From: Candidatus Staskawiczbacteria bacterium
Lineage (GTDB): Bacteria; Patescibacteriota; Minisyncoccia; Minisyncoccales; Staskawiczbacteraceae
NCBI GenBank assembly: GCA_903928565.1
Contig: CAIYRH010000015.1
Coordinates: 11,569-75,568, forward strand
Length of the DNA: 64,000 bases
Direction: 5' to 3'
In this document: positions 19,130-28,477 of the stretch, one piece after another
How the letters are laid out: each line of letters begins with the position of its first letter
Numbering within the stretch: position 1 is the stretch's first letter
Position numbers and translations under genes: made by a program
Notes under the pieces: generated by a model
The model's input: only the letters and a program-made list of their open reading frames with translations
What the model was told of the DNA's origin: nothing
Databases searched by the model: none

Positions 19130-19606
19130 ATGAAAAAAAATAAGCTTGAACGCTTGATTGCGTTCTATGGTGCGCTCGTAGGAGTAATCCGCAGTAGGGA
19201 GTTTGTGACTGCTTCTGCCGAAACGCTAGTTGAAATATACAGCGAAATGGTGGCCGAACTTTCAGTCCCCATTGTCACTGTTGACGACCTTCGTGAAATC
19301 CACTCGGATTATCACAATAACAACGCAGATCTCGACGTCCTGGAAGAAATTGCCGGATACGCGTTTAAGGACTTAGCTCCTCATATGGAAGATCCAAGAG
19401 TCCGCGTCATTTTTCAGGATTTGAAAGAGATGTCCGGCACCGACCAGTATACCGACCTCTTCCTCCACATTGTGGAAATCCGCCAATTGAGCGACTCGAA
19501 CGATGGGCCGACAGAAATCACACTGGTTGTTGATAACTACGGGCGTTTTGTAGACCTCTTGCAAGAGGACAGCAACATAGAAGTTGTGCACTCCTCGGCT
19601 TCCTAG
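19130..19606 (+). CDS. Hypothetical acidic protein (orphan)
   Basis: SD AGGAG upstream, GC-richer than flanks, followed by a terminator. Confidence 0.65.
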   Translation: MKKNKLERLIAFYGALVGVIRSREFVTASAETLVEIYSEMVAELSVPIVTVDDLREIHSDYHNNNADLDVLEEIAGYAFKDLAPHMEDPRVRVIFQDLKEMSGTDQYTDLFLHIVEIRQLSDSNDGPTEITLVVDNYGRFVDLLQEDSNIEVVHSSAS

Positions 19607-19624
19607 GCTGAGTCCGTTCGTTTG

Positions 19625-19652
19625 GCTCGAAGAAATTCGAGCTTCTTTTTTT
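19625..19652 (+). terminator. Terminator after 19130-19606
   Basis: GCTCGAA/TTCGAGC stem + T run. Confidence 0.75.
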
Positions 19653-19706
19653 ACTTGTCAAAACTTGTTGAAGAATTTTTTTTATGATATTATTTAAGTT
19701 AAACAT

Positions 19707-20300
19707 ATGGAAAAAAGACATAAAATTTTTGTCGCAATAAATTTACCTGGCGATATTAAAAAACAATTATTTCTGTACTCTCAAAAATTTTTAGATTTAC
19801 CTGCGCGGTGGGTGCCAAAAGATAATTTGCACATTACGTTAGAATTTCTTGGGGCCTTAACAGACATGGAAATTGGTGAAATTTGTGTGGCCGTTAAAGA
19901 AGTCGCAGAAAGGCACGGTAGTTTTACAATTGAATTACAAAAGGTTTTATATGGCCCCCCACTTCGCCAAGGCTCCGCGGGGCAGGCACAAACAATACCT
20001 AAAATGGTTTGGGTAGAGGGTAAAAAATCTAAAGAGTTGGCAATGATAAGGCAAGACTTAGAAAATACTTTAACAGAAAAAATTTCATTTATACCAGAAA
20101 GCAGGGCATTTGCTCCACACATTACTTTAGCCCGCATTAATGCAATGGAGTTTAGACAAATTGAGCCAGAAGAAGTGCCCGAAATAAATGAAGTTATCGA
20201 TTTAGCTTTTACAGTTGAATCAATTGAGGTTATGGAATCGGAAATGAGAAAAGGCGGGCCAGTTTATACGATTTTAGAATCACATAATTTAAATAATTAA
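19707..20300 (+). CDS. thpR: RNA 2',3'-cyclic phosphodiesterase (2H family)
   Basis: Two HxT motifs: LHITLEFLG and PHITLAR. Confidence 0.92.
   Translation: MEKRHKIFVAINLPGDIKKQLFLYSQKFLDLPARWVPKDNLHITLEFLGALTDMEIGEICVAVKEVAERHGSFTIELQKVLYGPPLRQGSAGQAQTIPKMVWVEGKKSKELAMIRQDLENTLTEKISFIPESRAFAPHITLARINAMEFRQIEPEEVPEINEVIDLAFTVESIEVMESEMRKGGPVYTILESHNLNN
19956..19987 (+). repeat. Family A palindromic element in-frame in thpR
   Basis: CCCCCACTTCGCCAAGGCTCCGCGGGGCAGGC; encodes PLRQGSAGQA (different frame from the prmC copy). Confidence 0.75.
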
Positions 20301-20302
20301 AC

Positions 20303-21616
20303 ATGAAGATACATTTAATTGGAATTGGAGGAATTGGGGTTAGCGCACTGGCGCAATATTATTTATCGAAAGGTTATCAAGTAACCGGTTCTGATTTGGT
20401 TAAGTCTGAAATTACAGATTTTTTAAAGAAAAAAGGCGTAAAAATATTTATAGGTAATACCCGCGAAAATATAAAACAAGATTTAGACTTTGTTGTTTAC
20501 AGCCCCGCAGTAAAATCAAATAATCCCGAACTTCTACAAGCTACTCACTACAAACTACCCACTAAATCATATCCGGAAGCTTTGGGTGAGATAACAAAAG
20601 AATATTACACAATTGCAGTTTCTGGCGCTCACGGAAAAAGCACAACAACCGCAATGATTGCTTTACTTTTAGCAAAAGCCAAACTAGACCCAACGGTTAT
20701 TGTTGGCACTCGCGTTAAAGAATTTGGAAATTCAAATTTTAGAGCCGGGAAAAGTAAATTTTTAGTAATTGAAGCCTGCGAATATGACTCTTCGTTTTTA
20801 AAATATTTTCCAAACATAACTGTTGTTACAAACGTAGATAAAGAGCATTTAGATTTTTTTAAAACGCTTGCCAATGTTAAAAAGGCGTTTAAAAGTTTTA
20901 TTTTAAAAACAGCAAACGACGGTTTTTTAGTTTTTAACCAAGACAATAAATTTATTCCCATAATAAAAAAATCGAAATTTAAAGTTTTACCATTTTCAAT
21001 TAGACAAAAAGAAGTTGCAAAATTAAAGAAAATTTTGTATGTACCCGGCAAACATAACATTTACAATGCTTTAGGCGCGCTAACCGTGGCTAGAATTTTA
21101 GGAATTCCCGATGCAATTTCTTACAAGTCCCTGCAGGAATTTAGGGGTACATGGAGAAGGTTTGAATTAAAAAAGGGGAGTGCAAAAGGTAAAGCAATAA
21201 CTGTTATTTCCGATTATGCCCACCACCCCAACGAAATTGCCGCAACCTTAATGGCCACAAGAGAAAAATACCTGCCTGCCGGCAGGCAGGTCCAAAATAA
21301 ACGTATTTGGTGTGTTTTTCAACCACATCAACACCAACGTACTCACTATTTATTTAATGATTTTGTCAAAATGTTTCAAAAAATGCCAATTGATAAAATA
21401 ATTATCACGGACATTTATGATGTTGCCGGCAGAGAAACCAAAACAATAAATGCAGAAGTAAGCTCCGAAAAGCTAGTAAAGAAAATAAAATTAAACAATG
21501 TGGAATATGTTTCTTTGCCTGAAACAGAAAAATATATCAAAACTAACATAAAAAGTGGAGATATTTTACTGATAATGGGCGCCGGTGATATTTATAAGCT
21601 GTTTGATAAGTTTTAA
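20303..21616 (+). CDS. murC: UDP-N-acetylmuramate--L-alanine ligase
   Basis: IGIGGIGVSALA, GAHGKSTTT, EACEY, DYAHHP, FQPH, MGAGDI. Confidence 0.96.
   Translation: MKIHLIGIGGIGVSALAQYYLSKGYQVTGSDLVKSEITDFLKKKGVKIFIGNTRENIKQDLDFVVYSPAVKSNNPELLQATHYKLPTKSYPEALGEITKEYYTIAVSGAHGKSTTTAMIALLLAKAKLDPTVIVGTRVKEFGNSNFRAGKSKFLVIEACEYDSSFLKYFPNITVVTNVDKEHLDFFKTLANVKKAFKSFILKTANDGFLVFNQDNKFIPIIKKSKFKVLPFSIRQKEVAKLKKILYVPGKHNIYNALGALTVARILGIPDAISYKSLQEFRGTWRRFELKKGSAKGKAITVISDYAHHPNEIAATLMATREKYLPAGRQVQNKRIWCVFQPHQHQRTHYLFNDFVKMFQKMPIDKIIITDIYDVAGRETKTINAEVSSEKLVKKIKLNNVEYVSLPETEKYIKTNIKSGDILLIMGAGDIYKLFDKF
21270..21291. repeat. Perfect palindrome ACCTGCCTGCCGGCAGGCAGGT in-frame in murC
   Basis: Encodes LPAGRQV between EKY and NKRIWCVFQPH. 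Confidence 0.8.
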
Positions 21617-21670
21617 AAAAGACTTGACGCACTGTCATATTATGTTAGTATAAATATACATTGAAAATTA

Positions 21671-21967
21671 TAAAACCGTTGATTTAGGTCCTTTAGTTCC
21701 CAAGACTAAAGGGTGGGCCTGATTCGTCCGCCTTCGCATTAAGATTCGGCGAGACAAGGTGGTCTGTGCGTTAGTGCAGGCTCGGCTTCCTCCGTAATCA
21801 TAGGATAACTGCTAAATCAAGAAATTGATGAGTCAGTAAGCACCAGACACCATTCGGCATCTGGTTAACAAGGGTGGTACCACGAATCCTTCGATCCTAC
21901 TCAGGATCATGACTTTTCGTCCCTGTCCTCCGATCAACATTGGAGCATAGAGATGAGAAGTTTTTTT
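21671..21967 (+). promoter_or_regulatory. T-box riboswitch leader
   Basis: T-box AAGGGTGGTACCACG (21870-21884) pairing with CGTCCCT (21918-21924), CCGTAATC stem IIA/B-like motif, terminator T run at about 21961; tyrS lies downstream; specifier not identified. Confidence 0.8.
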
Positions 21968-22023
21968 GTTTACAAAAGTTAGTAAGCGACTTCTCACAAA
22001 GTCCTTTAACAATATTTAACGCC

Positions 22024-22239
22024 ATGGAAACTAATAAAAACGAAAAATTACCGAAGGATAATCCCAATCAGAAGTGTTTTAAATGCCGAAAAGTGCTTCC
22101 AACTTGGAGGTTAGACTTCGACCGTTTGGGGACAAGGGCTTTGGTGCTTAGGCACAATTTTTGCCCGGCGGTTGAGCCAAATGGCGAAATAGTGTTTTTG
22201 TGCACCGAATGCAAAATGCTTAGCATGGGGAGAACTTAG
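22024..22239 (+). CDS. Small zinc-ribbon-like orphan protein
   Basis: CFKC...CTEC; followed by a terminator overlapping its stop. Confidence 0.55.
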   Translation: METNKNEKLPKDNPNQKCFKCRKVLPTWRLDFDRLGTRALVLRHNFCPAVEPNGEIVFLCTECKMLSMGRT

Positions 22240-22254
22240 GTTCTCCCCCTTTTT
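22227..22254 (+). terminator. Terminator between orphan and tyrS
   Basis: GGGGAGAAC-ttag-GTTCTCCCC + T run. Confidence 0.8.
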
Positions 22255-22303
22255 ATTTTCCGTAAAAATTGCTATTATTTAATAAGGTTTTAAGAATAAA
22301 TAT

Positions 22304-23503
22304 ATGACAGACACAAACACACAAAAAATAGAAGAAGTCCTCACCCGCGGGGTGGAAGAAATTTTCGAAAAAGACAGTTTACTCAAAAAACTGCAATCCG
22401 GCAAGCAACTGAGAATCAAGCATGGCATTGACCCAACTGGGCCTAAAATACACATAGGTCGCGCTTTTCAGTTTTGGAAGTTGAAAGCTTTTCAGGAATT
22501 GGGTCACAAGATTGTTTTGATAATTGGTGATTTTACAGCAACAATCGGTGATGCATCTGATAAACAAGCGATGAGGAAGGTTTTAACAGAAAAAGAAGTT
22601 AAGGAAAATATGAAAGATTATCTAAGACAGATAGGGAAGATTTTAGATATGAGAAAAGTTGAGGTAAGGTATAACAGTGAATGGTTTAAAAAAATGAAAA
22701 TAAAGGATTTTGTCGCCCTGCAGATGATTTTTACTGCGCAACAGACAATTCAAAGAAGGAATTTTAAAGAAAGATGGGACGCGGGTAAGCCAATTGGTCT
22801 TCATGAATTAGATTATCCCTTATTCCAGGGTTATGATTCGGTTATGGTAAAAGCGGATATTGAGACGGGCGGTTCTGATCAGTTATTTAATTTACAAACT
22901 GGTAGAGAAATACAGAAATTTTTTAAACAGGAACAGCAAGACATAATGACTTCTAAAATGCTTGATGGTTTAGACGGTAGAAAAATGTCAACCAGTTGGG
23001 GTAATATAATTACAATACTTGATGAACCAACAGATATGTTTGGGAAAATAATGTCTATGAAAGATGAGTTGTTAGATATTTATTTTGAAATTGCAACAAG
23101 ACTTTCACAAAATGAAATTTCAGAAATTAAAAATTCCTCTAATAATCCTCGGGACATAAAAGCTAAATTGGCAAAGGAAATTGTAAGAATGTACCATGGC
23201 GAGAAAGAGGCGCAAAAGGCTGAAGAAGAATTTAATAAAATTCATAGAGATAAGGAATTACCAAGCGATATGCCTGTTTTTGAGGTTAACAAAGTAAATT
23301 ATCCGCCGCTAGATTTATTGTTTGATTCAAAATTGGCAATTTCAAAAAATGAGGCCAAAAGATTAATTGAAGGCGGGGGCGTGGAGACACAAGTTGAAGG
23401 TTTAAAGTTAAAAGTTAAAAGTTGGCAAGAAGATATAAAATTAGAAGACGGAATGATAATAAAAGTTGGAAATAGAAAGTTTATTAAAATTAAACTAAAA
23501 TAA
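22304..23503 (+). CDS. tyrS: Tyrosine--tRNA ligase
   Basis: GIDPTGPKIHIG (HIGH), QGYD, GGSDQLFN, KMSTS, C-terminal S4 domain. Confidence 0.96.
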   Translation: MTDTNTQKIEEVLTRGVEEIFEKDSLLKKLQSGKQLRIKHGIDPTGPKIHIGRAFQFWKLKAFQELGHKIVLIIGDFTATIGDASDKQAMRKVLTEKEVKENMKDYLRQIGKILDMRKVEVRYNSEWFKKMKIKDFVALQMIFTAQQTIQRRNFKERWDAGKPIGLHELDYPLFQGYDSVMVKADIETGGSDQLFNLQTGREIQKFFKQEQQDIMTSKMLDGLDGRKMSTSWGNIITILDEPTDMFGKIMSMKDELLDIYFEIATRLSQNEISEIKNSSNNPRDIKAKLAKEIVRMYHGEKEAQKAEEEFNKIHRDKELPSDMPVFEVNKVNYPPLDLLFDSKLAISKNEAKRLIEGGGVETQVEGLKLKVKSWQEDIKLEDGMIIKVGNRKFIKIKLK

Positions 23504-23504
23504 T

Positions 23505-24098
23505 ATGAAAAAAATAATAACAGCAATAATTATTATTATAGTTTTATTGTTGGCGGGGTATTTTATTTATCAAAGCTACACGGCGCAACAAAAGCCGGTT
23601 GCATGCACAATGGAGGCGAAAATTTGTCCCGATGGCTCAGCAGTTGGCAGAACAGGCCCAAACTGCGAATTTGCCTCATGCCCAATCAGCACGGCATTGA
23701 ATTATAAAAACGATGAATATGGATTTCAAATAACTTTTACTGATTTATGGAAGGGGTATACGGTTAGTCAAACTAGTTGGCAGGGGCAAGATATTTCCGG
23801 TGGATCTAAAAAATATTCGGGCGTTGAATTAATTTTTAATAATCCACAAGGATCTAATACCCCCACGGCTAGCAGCGGGGCTTGCTGGCAAAACATTCCA
23901 ATTATGGTTTTTACTCCAGATGTTTGGCAGCTAGTTAGTGACGAAAAAATTGCAGTTTCTGCAGCGCCCATTGGTCCAGAAAAAATTGGAGAAAATGCAA
24001 AATATGTTTTTGCTTTGCCACCGCGTTGGTATGGATTTGCTTGTGATTTAGGAATTAAAGACGCGCAAAATATTGTAAAAACTTTTAAAGCTTTTTAA
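23505..24098 (+). CDS. Membrane-anchored protein with CTMEAKICPDG Cys motif
   Basis: N-terminal TM, CTMEAKICPDGSAVGRTGPNCEFASCP, then PsbP-like YKNDEYGF. Confidence 0.7.
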   Translation: MKKIITAIIIIIVLLLAGYFIYQSYTAQQKPVACTMEAKICPDGSAVGRTGPNCEFASCPISTALNYKNDEYGFQITFTDLWKGYTVSQTSWQGQDISGGSKKYSGVELIFNNPQGSNTPTASSGACWQNIPIMVFTPDVWQLVSDEKIAVSAAPIGPEKIGENAKYVFALPPRWYGFACDLGIKDAQNIVKTFKAF

Positions 24099-24118
24099 AG
24101 AAATAAAATAAAACAATT

Positions 24119-25546
24119 ATGCCAAGATTTTTAATAAAAGATACAGCAAAACACGTTGGAGAAAAGGTTAGAGTTTGCGGTTGGGTTAACACATGGCGCG
24201 CTCATGGTAAAATTTTGTTTATAGATTTGCGCGATATTAGCGGAGTTTTACAGGTGGTCTTTGTGCCTTCAAGCCCAGAAGTTTACGAACTAGCCAAAAC
24301 TTTGCGCCCAGAATGGACAGTTGAAATTATTGGGCAAATAGTGAAAAGACCAGAAAATATGGTTAATGAAAAAATTGAAACTGGACAAGTTGAAATGTCT
24401 GTAGAAAACTTAAAAGTTTTATCGAAAGCAGAAACATTGCCATTTTCTATTGAAGGCGATGGCTACGATATAAACGAAGAAATAAGAATGAAATATAGGT
24501 ATTTAGATTTGCGAAGAGAACGATTAAAGAACAATCTTATTGTGCGACATAAATTAATACAATTTGTTAGAAACTTTTTAAGCCAAGAAAATTTTATAGA
24601 AATTGAAACGCCCATTTTAACAAAATCTACTCCAGAGGGAGCCAGAGATTATGTTGTACCCTCAAGAATGGAAGCTGGCAGTTTTTATGCCTTGCCACAA
24701 TCTCCGCAACAATATAAACAATTGTTAATGGCTGGCGGCTTAGAAAAATATTTTCAAATTGCAAAATGTTTACGCGATGAAGACCCAAGAGGGGACAGGC
24801 AACCAGAATTTACTCAATTAGACATGGAGGCCAGTTTTGTTGAGCAAGCCGATGTAATGGATTTAACAGAAAGGTTGTTAATTTCAATTGTTAAAAATTT
24901 ATATCCAAATAAAAAAATTCAAGAAACGCCATTTCCAAGAATTGACTACAAAGATGCAATGGCAAAATATAAAACTGACAGACCAGACTTAAGAAAAGAC
25001 AAAACAGACAAAGACGTGCTTGCTTTTTGCTGGGTGGTGAATTTTCCTTTCTTTAAAACCGGTTCTGATGAATTGGGTTACCCCGATGGAAAATGGAAGC
25101 CCACACACAACCCTTTTTCTAGACCAAAAGAGGAATTTATGGAGGATCTGTTGCATAAAAAAAATATTGAAAAAATATTAACAACCCAATATGATATTAT
25201 TTTGAATGGTTTTGAAATTGGTGGAGGATCTATTAGAAACCACACGCCAGAAGCACTTGAAAAGGTTTTTGAAATTGTGGGATATAAAAAAGAAACTATA
25301 ATTGAAAAATTTGGACACATGATGGAAGCATTTAAATATGGCGCGCCTCCACATGGTGGAATTGCTTGGGGCTTAGACAGGCTTGTGTCACTTATGCAAG
25401 ACGAGCCAAATATAAGGGAAGTTATTGCCTTTCCTAAAACTGGCGACGGCCGAGATCCAATGATGAATGCACCCTCTGAAATATCTAAAAATCAATTAGA
25501 AGAATTGCATATTAAAATTGAAACACCCAAAAAAAAGAAAAAATGA
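24119..25546 (+). CDS. aspS: Aspartate--tRNA ligase (short form lacking the GAD insertion)
   Basis: OB-fold FIDLRD, STPEGARDY, LPQSPQQYKQLLM, RQPEFTQLD, GAPPHGGIAWG. Confidence 0.95.
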   Translation: MPRFLIKDTAKHVGEKVRVCGWVNTWRAHGKILFIDLRDISGVLQVVFVPSSPEVYELAKTLRPEWTVEIIGQIVKRPENMVNEKIETGQVEMSVENLKVLSKAETLPFSIEGDGYDINEEIRMKYRYLDLRRERLKNNLIVRHKLIQFVRNFLSQENFIEIETPILTKSTPEGARDYVVPSRMEAGSFYALPQSPQQYKQLLMAGGLEKYFQIAKCLRDEDPRGDRQPEFTQLDMEASFVEQADVMDLTERLLISIVKNLYPNKKIQETPFPRIDYKDAMAKYKTDRPDLRKDKTDKDVLAFCWVVNFPFFKTGSDELGYPDGKWKPTHNPFSRPKEEFMEDLLHKKNIEKILTTQYDIILNGFEIGGGSIRNHTPEALEKVFEIVGYKKETIIEKFGHMMEAFKYGAPPHGGIAWGLDRLVSLMQDEPNIREVIAFPKTGDGRDPMMNAPSEISKNQLEELHIKIETPKKKKK

Positions 25547-26511
25547 ATTTAAAACGAGTTGTTGGAGGGCCATTGTTATCGGTTTTATTTTTGGCAATTT
25601 TTACATATGCGTTTTTTACGTCCCAGCAATTTTTTACAAGTAGTTTAAAAGTAAATTCAGGCACTGAACCGGCAGACAATTTAGTTAATGCCCAAAACAT
25701 AGTTCCGCTAGAAGAAAATACAGATAGAATAGATAATGTTTTGCAACTTCCCCAAACAAACAAGCCTATAGCAGTGGCTCCAGCAGATACAAATGTAAAT
25801 TCTCGGTCTGCAATTTCTGTTGAGACAAACCTTCAGGGAGAAAGCAAAATATTATTTGAAAAAAACAGCGATGTTGTTTTGCCAATTGCCAGCATTACAA
25901 AATTAATGACGGCAATTATAGTTTTAGATAATTACAATTTGTCCGACACCTGGCAGGTTGATAAAATTGCCGACTCGCAGTCTCCAATGAAACCCGACGT
26001 AAAGTTAAATGACACAATGACAGTTAACAGTTTTTTGGAAATAATGCTTATTGAATCTAGCAATAAATCGGCCTACACTTTATCTGAATTGGTTGGCACT
26101 GACAAATTTATTGAATTAATGAACAAAAAGGCCAAGGAAATGGGTCTGAGAAATACTTTTTTTGTAGATCCTAGCGGTTTAAGTTCTGGGAATGTATCAA
26201 CTGCCAAGGATTTAGCAAAACTTGCTGAATATATTTTAATAAATTATCCAAAAATTGGTGAAATAACGAGAGAAAAAAACATTTATATTATTGGCTTTGG
26301 TTATGTAACAAATACAGACGAACTTTTAGGAGAAATTCCAGAAATTGTATGTAGTAAAACTGGGTTTACCACCCAAGCAAAGGGTTGTTTGCTTTTGGCA
26401 ATAAATAATTTAAAAAATAAAGATTATTTTATAAATGTAGTTTTGGGCGCTGACAATAGATTTCTTGAAATGAAAAAACTAATTAATAAATCTGCTGCTG
26501 TTTGCAACTAG
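25543..26511 (+). CDS. D-alanyl-D-alanine carboxypeptidase (S11)
   Basis: ASITK (SxxK), SSN (SxN), KTG. Confidence 0.9.
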   Translation: MNLKRVVGGPLLSVLFLAIFTYAFFTSQQFFTSSLKVNSGTEPADNLVNAQNIVPLEENTDRIDNVLQLPQTNKPIAVAPADTNVNSRSAISVETNLQGESKILFEKNSDVVLPIASITKLMTAIIVLDNYNLSDTWQVDKIADSQSPMKPDVKLNDTMTVNSFLEIMLIESSNKSAYTLSELVGTDKFIELMNKKAKEMGLRNTFFVDPSGLSSGNVSTAKDLAKLAEYILINYPKIGEITREKNIYIIGFGYVTNTDELLGEIPEIVCSKTGFTTQAKGCLLLAINNLKNKDYFINVVLGADNRFLEMKKLINKSAAVCN

Positions 26512-26512
26512 T

Positions 26513-27217
26513 ATGGGTAAAAAAATATTATTTATTATTGTTATTTTATTAGCAGTTATAATTTTTACTTTCATATATTTTTTTAATTCTAAACCAACGG
26601 ACACGACCGCAATTTTAGTAAAACCGGAAGTTATTGCACAAAAAAAACAGCTTGAAAAATTAACGCCAGATTCTTTGTTAATACAAATTGATAAGAAACA
26701 TTGTCTTGCTCCAGAATATGCACCGCAAGATTTAGTAGGAGTTTTAAGTTATGGAATATCGGCAAATAGCAGTTTTAGACTTAGAAAAATAGCAATGCCC
26801 GAATTAGTAGAAATGGTAACCGCGGCGCAAAAAGAGGGCATAGAATTGAAGGTGATTTCTGCTTACAGGTCTTATGCAGACCAACAAAGAATTTACAGTT
26901 CGTGGGTAGCACAGCTTGGGGCGAAAGAGGCTTCCAGACAGAGTGCTCCACCGGGCTGTAGCCAGCACGAATTGGGCACAGCTGTAGATTTTAATGAATT
27001 AAATGATTCGTTTGCAAATACTCCGACAGGAATTTGGCTTTCTAAAAACGCTTGGCAGTTTGGATGGGTTATTTCTTATCCTTTAAATTCAGAAAACATA
27101 ACCGGTTATGTTTACGAACCATGGCACTACAGATATATTGGAAAGGTAAATGCAAAAGAACTTGAAGAGTCGGGCTTAATATTAAGCAAATTTTTAGACA
27201 CAAAAAATAATTTATGA
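26513..27217 (+). CDS. M15B (VanY-like) Zn carboxypeptidase
   Basis: SAYRS, SQHELGTAVD, EPWHYRY. Confidence 0.9.
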   Translation: MGKKILFIIVILLAVIIFTFIYFFNSKPTDTTAILVKPEVIAQKKQLEKLTPDSLLIQIDKKHCLAPEYAPQDLVGVLSYGISANSSFRLRKIAMPELVEMVTAAQKEGIELKVISAYRSYADQQRIYSSWVAQLGAKEASRQSAPPGCSQHELGTAVDFNELNDSFANTPTGIWLSKNAWQFGWVISYPLNSENITGYVYEPWHYRYIGKVNAKELEESGLILSKFLDTKNNL

Positions 27218-28278
27218 TGACCTTATTTACCATAAATGTTATAAAAATTTTTAGTTTAGCAGCATTGTCTTCAATTTTGGCTGTTATTTGGTGCCCTTTG
27301 CTGACGCATTTTTTGTATAAGAACCAACTTTGGAAAAAATCTGCAAGGCAAAAAGCAATTTCTGGTGAAGACGCCGTTATTTTTAATAATTTACACAAAG
27401 AAAAAGAAGTGGGAACACCCAGAATGGGCGGTTTGCTAATTTGGATTACCACTGTTTTTGTAATATTTTTATTTTTTGCATTGTCTTTAATTTTCCCAAA
27501 CAGTTGGGCGGGTCAATTTAATTTTTTATCTAGAAGTCAAACATGGTTGCCGGTGTTTACGTTAATTGTGGCGTCTCTAGTTGGCATGGTTGACGACATT
27601 TTGGTTACCAAGGGCTGGGGAAAATATATTGGTGGAGGTATTTCATTTAAAAAACGTTTAATAATTGTAACTTTAATTGGTTTAATAGGAAGTATTTGGT
27701 TTTATCAGAAATTAGGTTGGGACATGGTGTATATACCTTTTGCTGGCGACGTTTCAATTGGCTCTTGGTATATTCCATTATTTATTTTAGTAACCATTGC
27801 ATGTTGGTCTGGCGGAATAATTGATGGTTTAGACGGTTTGGCGGGTGGAACTTTTGCTTCAATTTTTGGTGCATTCACGGTTATCGCATTCTCAACCGGG
27901 AAAATTGATTTGGCTGTTTTTTGTGCGGTAATAACGGGTACGCTGTTTTCATTTTTATGGTTTAACATTCCGCCGGCGCGTTTTTATATGGGTGAAACTG
28001 GAATTTTAGGCTTAACAACCGTAATGTCTGTAATTGCGTTTCTAACTGATTCAGTTTATGTGTTGCCAATAATTGCCGGACTTTTAGTGGTTACGGTTTT
28101 GTCTACAATTGTTCAACTTCTTTCAAAAAAATTCAGAAAAAAGAAAATTTTTCATTCAACACCAATTCACCATCATTTTGAAGCCCTCGGATGGCCTTCT
28201 TATAAAGTTACCATGCGAGCTTGGATTATTGGAATTGTTTTGGCATTCATTGGCGTGGCTGTAAGATTACTCAGGTAG
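27214..28278 (+). CDS. mraY: Phospho-N-acetylmuramoyl-pentapeptide transferase
   Basis: GTPRMGG, GMVDD, DGLDGL, FNIPPARFYMGETG, PIHHHFE. Confidence 0.94.
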   Translation: MMTLFTINVIKIFSLAALSSILAVIWCPLLTHFLYKNQLWKKSARQKAISGEDAVIFNNLHKEKEVGTPRMGGLLIWITTVFVIFLFFALSLIFPNSWAGQFNFLSRSQTWLPVFTLIVASLVGMVDDILVTKGWGKYIGGGISFKKRLIIVTLIGLIGSIWFYQKLGWDMVYIPFAGDVSIGSWYIPLFILVTIACWSGGIIDGLDGLAGGTFASIFGAFTVIAFSTGKIDLAVFCAVITGTLFSFLWFNIPPARFYMGETGILGLTTVMSVIAFLTDSVYVLPIIAGLLVVTVLSTIVQLLSKKFRKKKIFHSTPIHHHFEALGWPSYKVTMRAWIIGIVLAFIGVAVRLLR

Positions 28279-28351
28279 TTGAATTTTTTTTGTCTTTAGT
28301 ATATTATTGAAAATTAGAAATTTAAAATTGAAAATTCCGCTAATGCGGCAT

Positions 28352-28422
28352 GGGCCCATAGTAAATCGGTATTACGCCTCCATGGCATGGAGGAGGGCCG
28401 GGTTCGATTCCCGGTGGGTCCA
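28352..28422 (+). tRNA. tRNA-Ala (GGC)
   Basis: Acceptor GGGCCCA/TGGGTCC with G3:U70, anticodon stem CCTCC/GGAGG with loop ATGGCAT, T-arm GGTTCGATTCC; CCA not encoded. Confidence 0.93.
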
Positions 28423-28477
28423 CTTTTAAGCCCTTTGTCAACCAAGCAACTCAACCCCAAAATAGGAGATTATCGCC

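Noticed and set aside
24541..24550. Near-matches to TTGTGCGACAA inside aspS (also ftsQ about 55185)
   Set aside because: Imperfect and explained by Ile-Val-Arg codons
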